A stretch of 64,000 nt of DNA from Raillietiella orientalis (lineage: Eukaryota): positions 3,782,001 to 3,846,000 of the forward strand of contig JAYWIR010000003.1 of the NCBI GenBank assembly GCA_036172245.1, in the 5' to 3' direction. A model generated the notes under the pieces. That model worked only from the letters and a program-made list of their open reading frames with translations. It was not told the origin of the DNA and did not search any database. Position numbers and translations under genes: made by a program. Positions 36,764 through 48,600 of this stretch are shown here, one piece after another (position 1 is the first letter of the stretch; each line of letters opens with the position of its first letter).

Positions 36764-39435
36764 TAATTTATTTTTCCCACATTGCATTAGGCCGGAGGCG
36801 ATATTTCTCGGTTCTTGAGGAGTTCCATAATTTGTGCGAACGTAGGCGCCGAATTCAAAGCGCAAGGCTAACAGCCGCGCTCCACCTTGGTCCACACCCC
36901 AAGGTTCCTTCAAACTGCAAAACGGATGTCAGTGGATGCCATGCCTGGGACGACCCCTGGAGACCTTGCGCTTGTCCAGTCTCTGAACAGTTATGAAATC
37001 GCCAATCCTAGGCGGAGTGCAAGCTCTTTTCATATTCCTCACGTCCCTAATTGAAGGAGCTTATTGGTGAAACACAGCACGGTGATCCTGGACAGACTGA
37101 TAAATAATCCTTTATCGATGCACGATCCTTTCTCATGGTAACGGTTTTCCTAACATTCTGCTTATTTCAATGCGAATAATCAAAGTCAAAAATAAAGTGA
37201 TATTCCCAGGTCACAGTCTTAGGGTTTTGTTTTTTTTCCCTTCATGTGTTTTGAGTCTTCGAAAAAAGGCCCTACCACAACAAGTTGGACGACAGGAGCT
37301 CTTTGGTATGTTAGCTAAGGGTAAGAAGCATTTCGGCAACCCTTTCGACTCTCCCATTCTAAAGAGGTATTATCAAGTGTCTCTGATTTCCGATGACCTC
37401 TGCAGTTTTCTTTCACTTCAGGTGAGAATGTTCGAGAATTCAAAAACACTAAACAATGACACAGATGCATCTTTATCCTTCATCTTTCTTCACCTTGAAA
37501 GCTCTTGTGAACGGGAGAATAATTTGTACAGGAATGAACTCTCGCATCACTTCACAGCTTAGAGCGTTGCCTGCTAAAAAAGCCCAAAAGTTTTGGTGCT
37601 AAAGAGAGAGTTGGCTGACCTTACATCACAAAAAAGTACGCTGAATCAAATGCATGCAGAAGGAGTACGAATCTCTAGTGCGTACCTTCGACTTTGGAAG
37701 CGTCTGAGTACAGCCATCACCCTATGGTTTCAGGACACGTACACATAAAGTCCTGGAGACGTTCAGAGAAACTCAAGAAAGCTTTCCAAGCACCCTATTT
37801 CTGAAAAAAAATGCCCCACTTTCCAGGATTTTCAACATGCGTATCCGGAAACAGCAGGGCGCCCGCGCTTTTCGGACGCTTACAGAGGTCTTTCGAAGAA
37901 TGACAAGCAGACGCACTAGCAGATTGCTGAGTAGCACGTTATGGCGAGGATCCTGACAAACACACTTCGTACAAACATCCGCAAAAAAATCCCACACTAT
38001 CCTGCGTTTATCGGCCTTAGAATTGAGGCTGACTACGTGGTCATCGCACTTACGTGCAAGAACGGTCCTGAAAATCATTTTCTACCGAGAAACTTCGCTT
38101 TCACTTCCACTCGAAGACACTTAAGGGAATCCGGAGCCGTGGACTGAAACGTAAAACCATCAGCTTCCTTCCACGCTCGAAGAGATACAGTACTTTAAAT
38201 CGTACTTTAAACTGATCATGCGCTTTCCATGTTTGAAGACGGACCTCGATAACACACTTCAACTGCGCCGCAAGCGACGGAGTCAGCCGTAATCCCCAAG
38301 TGGAGAAACCCAAACTCTCTGAGAATAAATTTGAACAGAAAAGTCAGAGTCATAAGAATTACGCAAATAAAAGAACCCGATAGCTTAGGGTCATGGTTTG
38401 AAATAATATTAATATCTGATCAAAGGGTCGTTCCTTGTGAGAATCAAGAGCCTATTCCTGTTGACAAGAGCATGAGGAGTGCTCTAAAACAAGACAAGGG
38501 GGATTTCCCCTTGCTTTATCGAGGATCCACACGATACTCAATTGCTGAACTACCTATGGCCCAGACAGAGACAAGAAAAGAATGACTGTTGATATGCCAA
38601 TGATTCTACAAATCCACTGTCCATCTGAAATCCAGCTCGTTCACAAGCATCCAGTGGTGCCAATCGAATTCTCTGCAACTAGATATGCTAAGAGAAGAGG
38701 AGCTATTTTCAAACTGCTCATTTCTTGGTCCGAGGCTTCCTATCTAAAATTTAAAAACAGCATAGTTGGATGTTCATTATTGTGGCTAACACTTCTCTTT
38801 AACTTAAACACACCGAACGATGTTTTCCAATGCAGATGAAACAAGAAAAGAATGCAGCAGGGGCGTCGCCCTCTGTTCGGATGAGACTTCCATAAGAGTT
38901 GGCGGCCGGTTCCATGAAAGCTCCATCCATTCGCTTAACAAAAGAACGAACGTCCCTGCTCCATGAAAGATGCAGAGGCACTTCTAAAGACTGACGTCTA
39001 CGACGGATGCTGGAACACTCCTGTGGCAATGAAATCGCGATGATTTTTACGGGGAAGGACGAATACCGTGTGTTCAATCTGGTGACACGATACGTGATGA
39101 CCTGTGCTGCTCCACACTACGGAAAAGGGTTGGGATTAGGTTGGGCAAAGGAGCACCTGTTAGTGCACACTGAAATCCTGAAAACCGAACGGACAGCCAT
39201 GAAATGGTTTTCATCAAACCAGGTGAATCTGCGAGAAGATGAAGCCGCACCCTTTTTCCCACTCGAATCAGCCTCGCCCACAACAGACAGAGCCATCCCA
39301 AGACGCAAAAAATGTCAACGACAGTCAAGGTTGTTTCCACTGGAAACTCCTGACAGAGACCGGAACCAGAATTCTTTCAGGAACACTCTGAGAAAAATCA
39401 AGTTTTAGTTTGGCGTATCAGCAATCTCACGTCCC

Positions 39436-42400
39436 ATGAAAACCATCACCTCTCTGTGTGTTACAGGAAAGACGAAACACACAAACGAACGTTCCACCCT
39501 TCCGAAAGAGCCACACGACTTCTTCCTTCAAGACACAACCATAACCTTGCATTTACAAACAGCCTCACCAGCATTCCAACGAGTAGGCAAACCTACAAGA
39601 TTCACCATCTTGAGGAGACAAAAGACTTCCATCTACTCCGATCACATGCAACATCTCAAAAGACCTACACCCTCACATTCCGCCCCCACGCGCTGCAGTC
39701 GAATGGCATCAACAGGGAAAAGCTGCAACCGCCTTTCCAGCAAACTCCAACGCGCTCGCGACCGAATTTCATAGTTTCGGGATTCAGATGCGAATTCCGG
39801 GAAGACTAATCCCGGCGACCCGGGTACGTCCAAACGGAGACAAGCGTTCCCGAGGGATTTCTTGTTTCCCGACCCCGCCCATCCCACGCCTTCCGCTCAG
39901 CGGCACTCCTTTGGATCCGTTCGCAAGAAGAAGCCGCCTTCCGATCGGACCCGAAATCGCCACCGGCAGTCGCGACGACAACCCGAGGGCGCCTCCGAGA
40001 TGCGGCGCACCACGCGTGCCCGCGGGCCACCATTTCTTTCCCACCTCACCCTTTGGACGAGGGTTCGATTGAACGACCACCGCGCCGCATGGGGCCGTGA
40101 CGAAACGGCGATCCCGGCTCGCCGCCCGGTACCCACCTGACCACCGCGAACGCCTCGGGCGAGCGTCGCTCCGCGTGGACTCGCAATCTCCGCCTCGTGC
40201 ACCCTCAGACCGATCCTCAACGCAAGTTTCGAGCGCACAACCCACGGCACCCTCCATCCCTATTCGCAGCACGCGGTCCGTCTCCGGAAAATAGGCCATC
40301 AGGTAGGCCGTTCGACGCACCGGTGCTTTGCCGCCACGGCACGGCGACGACCAGACAGGGGAAAGCGGGCCGCGCCGCGGAAAGCCCTCCGCCGGTGGTC
40401 GAAAGCGCACATTCCCGCTAGCAACCTCTGGACTGGGATGCTTGAGGCACAGCCATGCGGCCACTGGCTTTCACCCCTCCCCCTTCCTTTAGCGCCGGCA
40501 GCAGCCCTCGCGAAGCAGTAACCGAATTCCTGTCGCACCAGCGGGGGCACCTACGCAGGCGCACCTTGACAGACCCTCCGCAACGCAAGGAGAGGCGAGC
40601 GAGCGTGCACGGTTCGACGAACCGCCGGCGCGCCGGACCCGAGCAACGGGGTGCGCGCGCGCGCGCCAAGCCGCTGAGACCGCGAACGCTCCGGCAGATG
40701 CATCCGGGTGGCTGCCGAAGGCAAACGCACGGACGCACGCATAGGCGCGTACCCAACGTCTTCGGGAACGTGCGATGCGGCAGAGGAGAGAGCGGGTGAG
40801 CCGCGTCGGCACCCGCTTCCTCCTCTGCCGCATCGCACCCTGGAGGGCGAGGCGGCGACGGCGCAAGCAACAGCTACGCGGCGGACCCGGTAGCCACTGC
40901 GCGCCTATGCCTTCCGGAGGCCTCCATCCGTCCCCAGCAGGCCACCTGCGAACGCGCCAACTCCCTCGACTCTATCGCCCCCGGTGCAGCCAACCTTGCG
41001 CAGCACCGCGCGCCAGAAACTCAGCCGCAGCCCCGACGCCACCCCATCCCCCCTGCACGGCGAGGAATGAGCCGCCCGCTTCATCACCCCCTCCACACAC
41101 AGCAAACATCCGCGACGGCGACCCTGCGACTCGGGCACCCTGCGCCCACCCTAGCCACGCCCACCTGCTCCCGGAACGCTTGCTGCATACTCTGCACTTT
41201 CACGCATCCGCATCCGCCACATGCCGTCCTACCCAGCGCCCGCACTGGCGATCCTCGCGATGGCGCGCGATTTCCGCGAGCCGCCCACGTGCACCAGCGG
41301 CACCTCCGCTCGTTCCCAGGAGCAAAGCTGCCTCTGAACCTCAGCCCACCCCCCTTCCGCCAGCGCCCATGCCGATAAGGCGCCACGCGTGCTTTTCGCA
41401 ACGCCTTCCGCACCGAGACCGATGCAGCAAGGGCGGAGGGCAGAGGTGGGTGAGGCGAGCGAACAAGGTCCGGAAGCCGGTTGCACGGAGCGACGCGCCA
41501 CCACCGTGCCAGCGCCTGCCGTTTCCGCCCTCCCGAGGACAGCGGACGCCAGTCGTGCCCTCGCCAGAAGCGCACTCCACTCCTGCCGCTCATCCGGAAG
41601 GAACGCGTCGCCCCCCTCTTCGGCGTCGGCTGCGCAACACCGGCGTGCCGTCAGCAGGCCCTGCGGCGGCTCCCGGTCGCGTCCACTTGTTCCTGCGCGT
41701 ACCAACCCACCTTAGCAGCTTCTCTGCAAAGTCTTCCGAATGAGCGAAGCGCCGTCGGCAAAGACGTTCGCTCCCCGCGCTGGCAGGCAAGGCGGGCGTG
41801 AAGCAGGAGAACACGGGGAGTGCGCCGCTGGGCTGCAAGAGACCGCGCCCGAAACCATCGCACGGCTGCGATCATCCAACGGCACCAACGCTGCCGCTGC
41901 TGAAGGTGCAACGCGCAGTTGCGCAGCGGAGCGTCCAGCTTGTCGTCTCTCGAAGGAACGAGCGGCCGACCGCGACAAGCCACTCGGAAGCGGCTTTCCG
42001 GGTGGGAGCGGCTGGACGCGTGAGACAAAAAGTGGGAGAAGATGGGGGCGGTGGAATGGAATTGTCCAGCGAGTGCTGGGCAATTCCAGGTGCACCTCCG
42101 CTACTGGACAGGTCGCTCCGCACGGGGCAGGCCGCGTGCTGCGGGTGCCCCCCGTCAGATGGCAGCCCCACCCCTAACCATCTCTCCCCTTGGCGGGAAA
42201 AACGATCGCAAGAGAAGAACCGGGCAGTAGGAAGGGTGGGATCGCAGCACCGAACTTCTTGCGAATTGGAATCGCACGGCTCTGCTCTGCCCAGCATCTC
42301 GCCGTCCGAGGCGACAGGCCCTCCGCAAGGGAACCTCTTCGTCCGCACGATGCGCGCCGCAACGAGCATCGCGGAAGGGAGGAGGAACAGAGTTGTGGGC

Positions 42401-42600
42401 GCAGCATTCCGCGGGAGGTCGCCTCGGACCTTCATCTTTCCACCACGAGGGGCGTTCGTTTCGCGAGAGGAGGGCGCCACTGCGATAGTCCGCATTAGCC
42501 CTCTTACTGTGCAGCTCTACTGCCCTCGTTCAGGATCCCGATCCCAACTGGCCCTACGGCATCGGTTCTTCTTCACCTTCATCACTGAGGCCAGCCTCGT
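39436..42600 (+). mobile_element. Degraded Tx1/L1-like LINE ORF2 straddling the inner boundary of the right arm
   Basis: APE-like start MKTITSLCVTG...HDFFLQDT at 39436, outside the arm. Inside the arm are degenerate RT-like segments (SASAHADK ~41360, cf. VSAYADD) and the post-RT motif SRKGGIAAPNF (~42230). Confidence 0.55.
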
Positions 42601-45600
42601 CGCCACACGCGTGATCACGAGATACACGTCTTTCGTCGTCACCCCCCCTGTGCCGCCCTGCGACCGCGAGTCTCCCCCCTCGACATGCACGTCCTCTTCC
42701 GAAATGAGCAGCCGTGCCTGCTGTTCTCGGTTTCCCCTCCCCATCTGGAAGTGCACGAACCCTCGAAAGAACGCGAAGCCGCAGTCGAGCCGCAAGATCG
42801 CCCTCGCATCCATCCTCCCCCTCGGATCGCCTGAGCATCCCCTCTGGCGGCGACGCGCTGGCAGGAAGACGAACCACACGATGCATCATCAGCACGAGGC
42901 TCAGGTAGCGGATGCTGTGCGCAGCTGCCGGAGGATGTCGGGACGTTCCTTGCAGACAAAGAAACTACAAAGCGGAGGCGACGAAACAGCCACGAAGCAG
43001 GAAGAAAGGGAGAAAGAAGTTGTGTGGGAGTCAGCACCAGGTCGGAAGTCGGCTTGATAGAGAATGAGTAGCGGCAAGAGGAGGCAACGAACGCGGCAAA
43101 CGGAGGAAGGGTAGGGGCACGGATCTTTGGAAGCTCCCTTCTTGCAGCTAACATTGAATTGTCGCCGTCTCCATGCCGACTTCTTGGCTCCGCGCTTACC
43201 AAGGCGTCTCAGACAGTGCATGGATGCAGCTCTGTCGAATACCGGGTGCTCGTTGCACCGGGATCCCCAGAGCAGCAGAACCTGCAGGACATCTCGTTCC
43301 CTACGCAGCCGCAGGAGCACCGTGGTGTACGTACGCGAGGGAGGGAAGAACCAGTAGTTCCACGGGCACGCAAGAAGCTGGAGCGGCGTCGCCGAAGCAG
43401 TTGCTTCTGCCGGCAACGTGGAGTGGCGGCGTTCGCCAACGCGCTCGTCGTGCAGTCGTGCAGGTGTTTGGCGACACTTGCAATGGTGCGCGATGCGTTC
43501 CGCGCTTCCGATCGGCTACCCTGAGGGCATATGGTGTTGCGCGAAGGAGTGCGAAGGGTATCCGTGGCCACTGCGTGCTGTCCCGCAGACCGGAGATCTC
43601 TCGGCGAATCGCAAAGGAGCTTTGGCAGCGTACGAGGTTTCTCTGGTCACCCAGGACTCGGGAGCCTCCTGTCGCCAGGTATGTCTTCTGCTCTGCGATC
43701 ACCGGGAGATTTCAGGGCGGAATTCCACCCTCGACTGGGACATTTGACTCAGCGGAATGCGCAATGCAGACGTCGCGCGTCAGCAGCGTTGTGCTAGCGG
43801 AACAACTCCTTGTCTTGCAGCGTGTCGCCGAAGAATGCAACGTGGAAAAAAGTGGCACACCGTGCAGAGGACCGCAGGTGCTCACCGAGTGCCATACTTT
43901 GGAGGAGCACTTGCAGTAGCATCTGCGGGATGACCAGCTGACCGTGCCGGCGTCCAGACACTGAACACCAGTTCTCGCCCCGCGTGGTCCGGAAAGTAGA
44001 CGCTCGGGGGGGGGGGGGTAGGGGGGGGTAGCGCGTTGCGGAGGCAGCCCACGTTTCCGCCGATCCGTTGCGCGGGCATCGAACTCCTTTCTGCCTTGGG
44101 TTGGAAAGCGCGTCGATTTGGCTCGCTCTGCCCCGCACCAGGAAGAAGACGCAGTTCCTCAATGGGCAGCCACCGCCACCCGCAGGGGCGTCAAGCAACC
44201 ACCGCTTCTTCCCTGCAGGGTTGTTGCTGCGCGCTGTCTGCGGGAGGAGGACGATACGTGCATCGTCCTCCTCGCTCTCTGCCCGCATTCGCACCGTTTC
44301 CGCTGCAGATGGAGGTCTTCCGGTGGGATGGGCGCCTGCGTGCTCCTGCTCTTGAGCTGCACGCGCATGCGGAGCTCGCAGCTTTCTCGTCACCGCAGAT
44401 TTCCCACGAGCGGTGGGCAAGCCCATACGTAGAGGATGCGCCTGCGTTCGTGTGCGCTCAGTTCTGCGTGAACGTCTTCTTCCAACGTTCGGCATTCCAG
44501 GGGACGGCCTGCAGCCTTCGCGCTCCCTTTTCGGTTGGAGGACGGCAACTGGCGCGCGTTTGGAGCGAATTCTGCGATCATCCGGAAGCGCGGCACGGCG
44601 TGCGGTGGTGCCCCCCCATGCCGGACGAACCAACAGCGACGACGACTGCCTCCCGTCGCGCTTTCCCGGCTCCCTTCTTCATCTGTTCCGATTTTCATCG
44701 CACCGTTGCTGAAGGCCCGAACTGCTCCCGGATGCAATTGCTGCGAGCCACCCGGCACGTCTGCCGAACGGAGGACGCAGAGCGGAAGGAGCGTATGCGC
44801 GTGCAGGACTGCTTCCAGGAAGCAAGGCTTGCTCCAGCAGCACCCTCAGGACGACAGGCAGGCATCTCGGGGAGAGGCTTGCTCTAAGTCCGCTGTTGAC
44901 GCTGACAAGCACGGCAGGAATGCAGGGAAGGAGAGGAGGGCGCTTTTGCGAACCAGGTGAGGTTGCTCGTTTCCGTTGTCCTTTCCAGGATGCGTGTGGC
45001 GACTGGAAGCGCACTGCAGAGGAGCCATCCTCGCGAGAGGAAGTCCCCGAAGAATGGAAGGACATCGGTAGGGAGCGGAATGGGGAGCAACCGAAACGAC
45101 GCGCCGCCCTCGACTCGAAAGCGTTGGGGCTCTCTCGGATCCGGAAACGGCGTTCGAACCGTGTTCCGCGCGTCGGTTGGACGCCAGCTGCTTCCTCAAG
45201 GAATGCATGCGCGCACCGAGTTCCGACTCACCACTCGAACAGCCAACTCGGTAAGAGGAAGAGAAAGAGGAACTGGGCGATGGGAAATCGCGCGAAAGCA
45301 GTGGACGCGACCGTCGCTGGTCGATGGAGGAGACGCCGTTTGGTTGGTGGACTTGCCTCCCTTCTGAGCGTCGGAAAGCGGAAGACGCGATCGAAGTAGA
45401 CGGCAACGCGGGTGCTTTGGTTGGGAGCGCACGCCGAAAGGCGACCAGGGCCTGCTGTTTCTCACGAAGCGAGGGAGGAAAGGGAGCGCGATGGTTCGCG
45501 CGGAATGCCCCGCACGCGGCGCGCGCGATCGGCACCCCGGGAAAGCGGAACGACCGCGTCGAGAAAGTTGGATTGCCTCGCCGGTCGATGAAGGAGGCAT

Positions 45601-48600
45601 TGCGCAAGGTGCAGACGTGCTGCTGAGAGTAGGATGGGACCGCCGTCGAGGTCGGGAGCAGGGAGTTGCCAGGCTGAGCAGTCCGTTTTGCAGAGTGCGT
45701 TTTGCATTGGACGAGCGATGGGAGGAGGTGGCGGCCAGTGGTCACCCGATCGCGGACTTTTCGCGTTGCGGAATCGCGGCACAAACGGACGCGAGCGGCA
45801 TGGCAGCAGCGTTTGCCGGAAGTGTTCTGGCAACCGTGCGAGCGCAGGCGTGGAAAGGGAGTCGGAGCGTGGGCTGGTGTTTGCAGGTCTGCTGTTTGGC
45901 AGGGGAGAGGCGTTGTTTTGCAGTGCAAGCATCATCGGAAGCGTGCCTGCGGGGTTGTGCGAGTGCCTCCTTTCTCACGCCGTGTTGAATGCGTGGTGAA
46001 ATCGGAAGTTGCCGAGGGAGGCCAAAAATTGGATTCTTGGAAGGAGCGTCGGGTGATTTTGCATTCATTTTGGTTTTCCTTCCTGAGGACGTGCGTTTTG
46101 CGTGTGCAGAATGAGCGCGTGTTTGCGGGTACGATGGCGTTCTCCTGGACGGCTGTGCACTGCTTGAGATTGGAAATGCATTGGTAGGCAATTGTATTCG
46201 GATGGTATTTTGGTTTGTTGAGTTTGTTGCCAAGTCGATGTGCTGCGCCAGCGGTGCTGGTGCCGGGTACCGGCGGCTGGTGGCAGCGTTTTTGTTGTCC
46301 AGGGCCAAGGTGAGGTTGGGGAACGAAACTAGTCTTTTTCAGTTGCCCACTGGCATCTGCGAATGTGGTTGCATGCCTTTTCGCGAATTGGACATGACTT
46401 GGGTTTTGATTGCTGCACAGGTGGTGTTCTGGTGTTTGTGGGAAGCATGGAATTGCAGCTGCACGCGTGTTGCTGGCCTGCTCTGCCTGTGCTTCTTACT
46501 CTCCACCCTTTGATCGTGCCTGTTGAGCATGAGGTGTTGAATGCAGAAATTGATGTGGTGCTTCTCCAAAGTTTCCTACCGTCTGGTGGTGCATTCCTTG
46601 GAACCGTGTGTTGGTGGATTTGTTTGTTTTGTTTGAAGCATAGGATGTTTGGTGGCAAGTAGTGTAGGGCTGCTGCGAAAGTACTTTGCAGGTTGCTGTT
46701 GCAGGGTACGGAATGGGGTGATGGCATGGGAGTGGATGGGGTGTGAATTTTGCTTGCTTGGGTAGCCAAGAGGCTGCAGGGTGAATTGGGCTGCTTGTGC
46801 ATGTTTACAATGTAAATGTAGACAGGATGGCAAACGGTTTGGGGCATGGAGCAAAGGAGTGCACCTGAGAGATGTTTCAGCTCTGAACCTTTCCCTGCAG
46901 TAGCTGCAAAAGTGCCATGGCAGGGAATTTGTAGATGTGGGAGATTTTGCCAGCTGATTTTTCAAAGCTATTGCTGCATGTCTTCTGTTTATGGAGCTGC
47001 ATTTGCTTGTGCTTTTTTTCTCCAGAGTGCTGAAGCGTGTTGAAGGTGGTTGAAGAAAGTGTTTTTAGGTGGTGTCTGTTGCTTGCGGCAGAGCAGAAGT
47101 GCTGAATGTGTGGGTAGTTGGAAGGAGACTGCGATGCTTCAGCACTGTGTTGGATGGACACGCTTGTGAAGGTTGGAAGGGAAGCAGCTTCTGAGAAGAA
47201 AGCATGGTTGGAGATGAAGGAGGCTGCAGGTGGTAGCTAGGATTGAACCGCCTCCATGATGGGAGCCAACATCCTGAGGGAGTGGCTTTTTGCTGAGTGC
47301 CTTGAGCGCAGGAAAAAGATGACCTGCTGTTCGTTGCTGCAGGCGCACCCGGTGCTGGTGACCTGTTGGGCTGCTTTACGTTTTCGAGCGTTTGCCCTAG
47401 CAACGTGCCAACTGTGGAGTGTGTGGCATGCTGCTCGTGAATAAAGGGACTGGTGTATTTGGTGTTGGTTGCGCATTGTCCGCAGATTGAAGGGGAGGGT
47501 GGGTGGGTATGGGTGCCTTTTTTGGAAGTAGGGGGAAGTTGCTGCACGCTGCGAAACGGCTCCTCGTTTCGCTGCCTTGTGTGCAGCTGCATGGCTGGAG
47601 CAGGGGCGGAGTGCTGCCGTCAGCAGGATGCCGGAAGGGATGGAGGAACATCCGGGAATGCGTGGTGGTTGGGTGAGAGCGTTAGGCGTCGAGCGGTCAG
47701 TTCGAGTTGCGTGCGAGGACACTTTTCCGTCGGAGCTGTTTTTGCGTCGATGCTTCGCTTTCGCACACGAAGAAGTTGGCGTAGATGGAGCGTTTTTGAG
47801 AGGTCAGCGGGCACGTATTTGACGTATTTCCAGGGCATGGGCGAAAGAGTGTCGGTTTTGGAAAGTGAAGACGGCGTGTTGGTGCGCCGGGCAGTTCGTG
47901 CTGGTGAGCGAGGATGAAAGCGGAGAGGCATGCTGATGGATACCTGGCCATGGCAAGAGGAGAGCGTGCTGTCGTGACCGGGAGCGCAAAGGCTGCGGGC
48001 AACCGATCCGATCGTGTGAGGCTGGGCGTGGCAGGTGGTGTGCGTGGTGCAAAGGTGGAGTCGGTGCGAAGGCGATCGCCGACGACGGGTTACGTGGCCT
48101 GTGGAGGAGCGGATGGTGTTTGGGCGTGGTCTGCCGAATTGTGGGCGAGGGGGGCGATTGAATGAAGATGAGTGGGCGTAGTGGGGTTTTTGTCGGAGAG
48201 CAACGTTGCCAATAGTATGGGTGAAGGGGAGTGGTCGTAAGGGATGTGTGCTGGTCGTGAAGAGATCGTAGGCTCGGTGGCTCGGAATGGCAGTGCTTGG
48301 AAAGGTTGCGAGGAGAAGAGGAAGCTCGTTGTGTTGGTTGGTTTTGCGCGTTGCTCAGGGGTCATGTGGAGCGAGGATGGCAAGCGTGCGGTGGTACGGC
48401 TGAAGCGCTCTTCGGCAGGGACGGATGTGTTTGCTGCGCGTAGCAGCTTCGGTCTTCCGGGATCGATGCACGTGGCGTGTGCAGGGTAGGAAGCGGCTGG
48501 CTGTGCGCGGTGGCTGGGACTGGATGCGAAGGGCAAGAGTTGAGGTCGCGACGAGGCCAGGCGCGTGGGAAGGTGGTCTGCGAGCGAGGAAAGAAGCGAT

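Noticed and set aside
25313..39700. Fold-back read or assembly artefact as the sole explanation
   Set aside because: Disfavoured but not excluded without reads: 14-kb unique spacer, fixed arm differences, diverged outer stratum and arm-restricted GC shift.
44957..44988. Apparent GT...AG mini-intron and neighbouring exon-like pieces in the arm
   Set aside because: 32 nt is too short; flanking translations are unrecognisable and the nearby PVDEGGIA motif suggests LINE debris.
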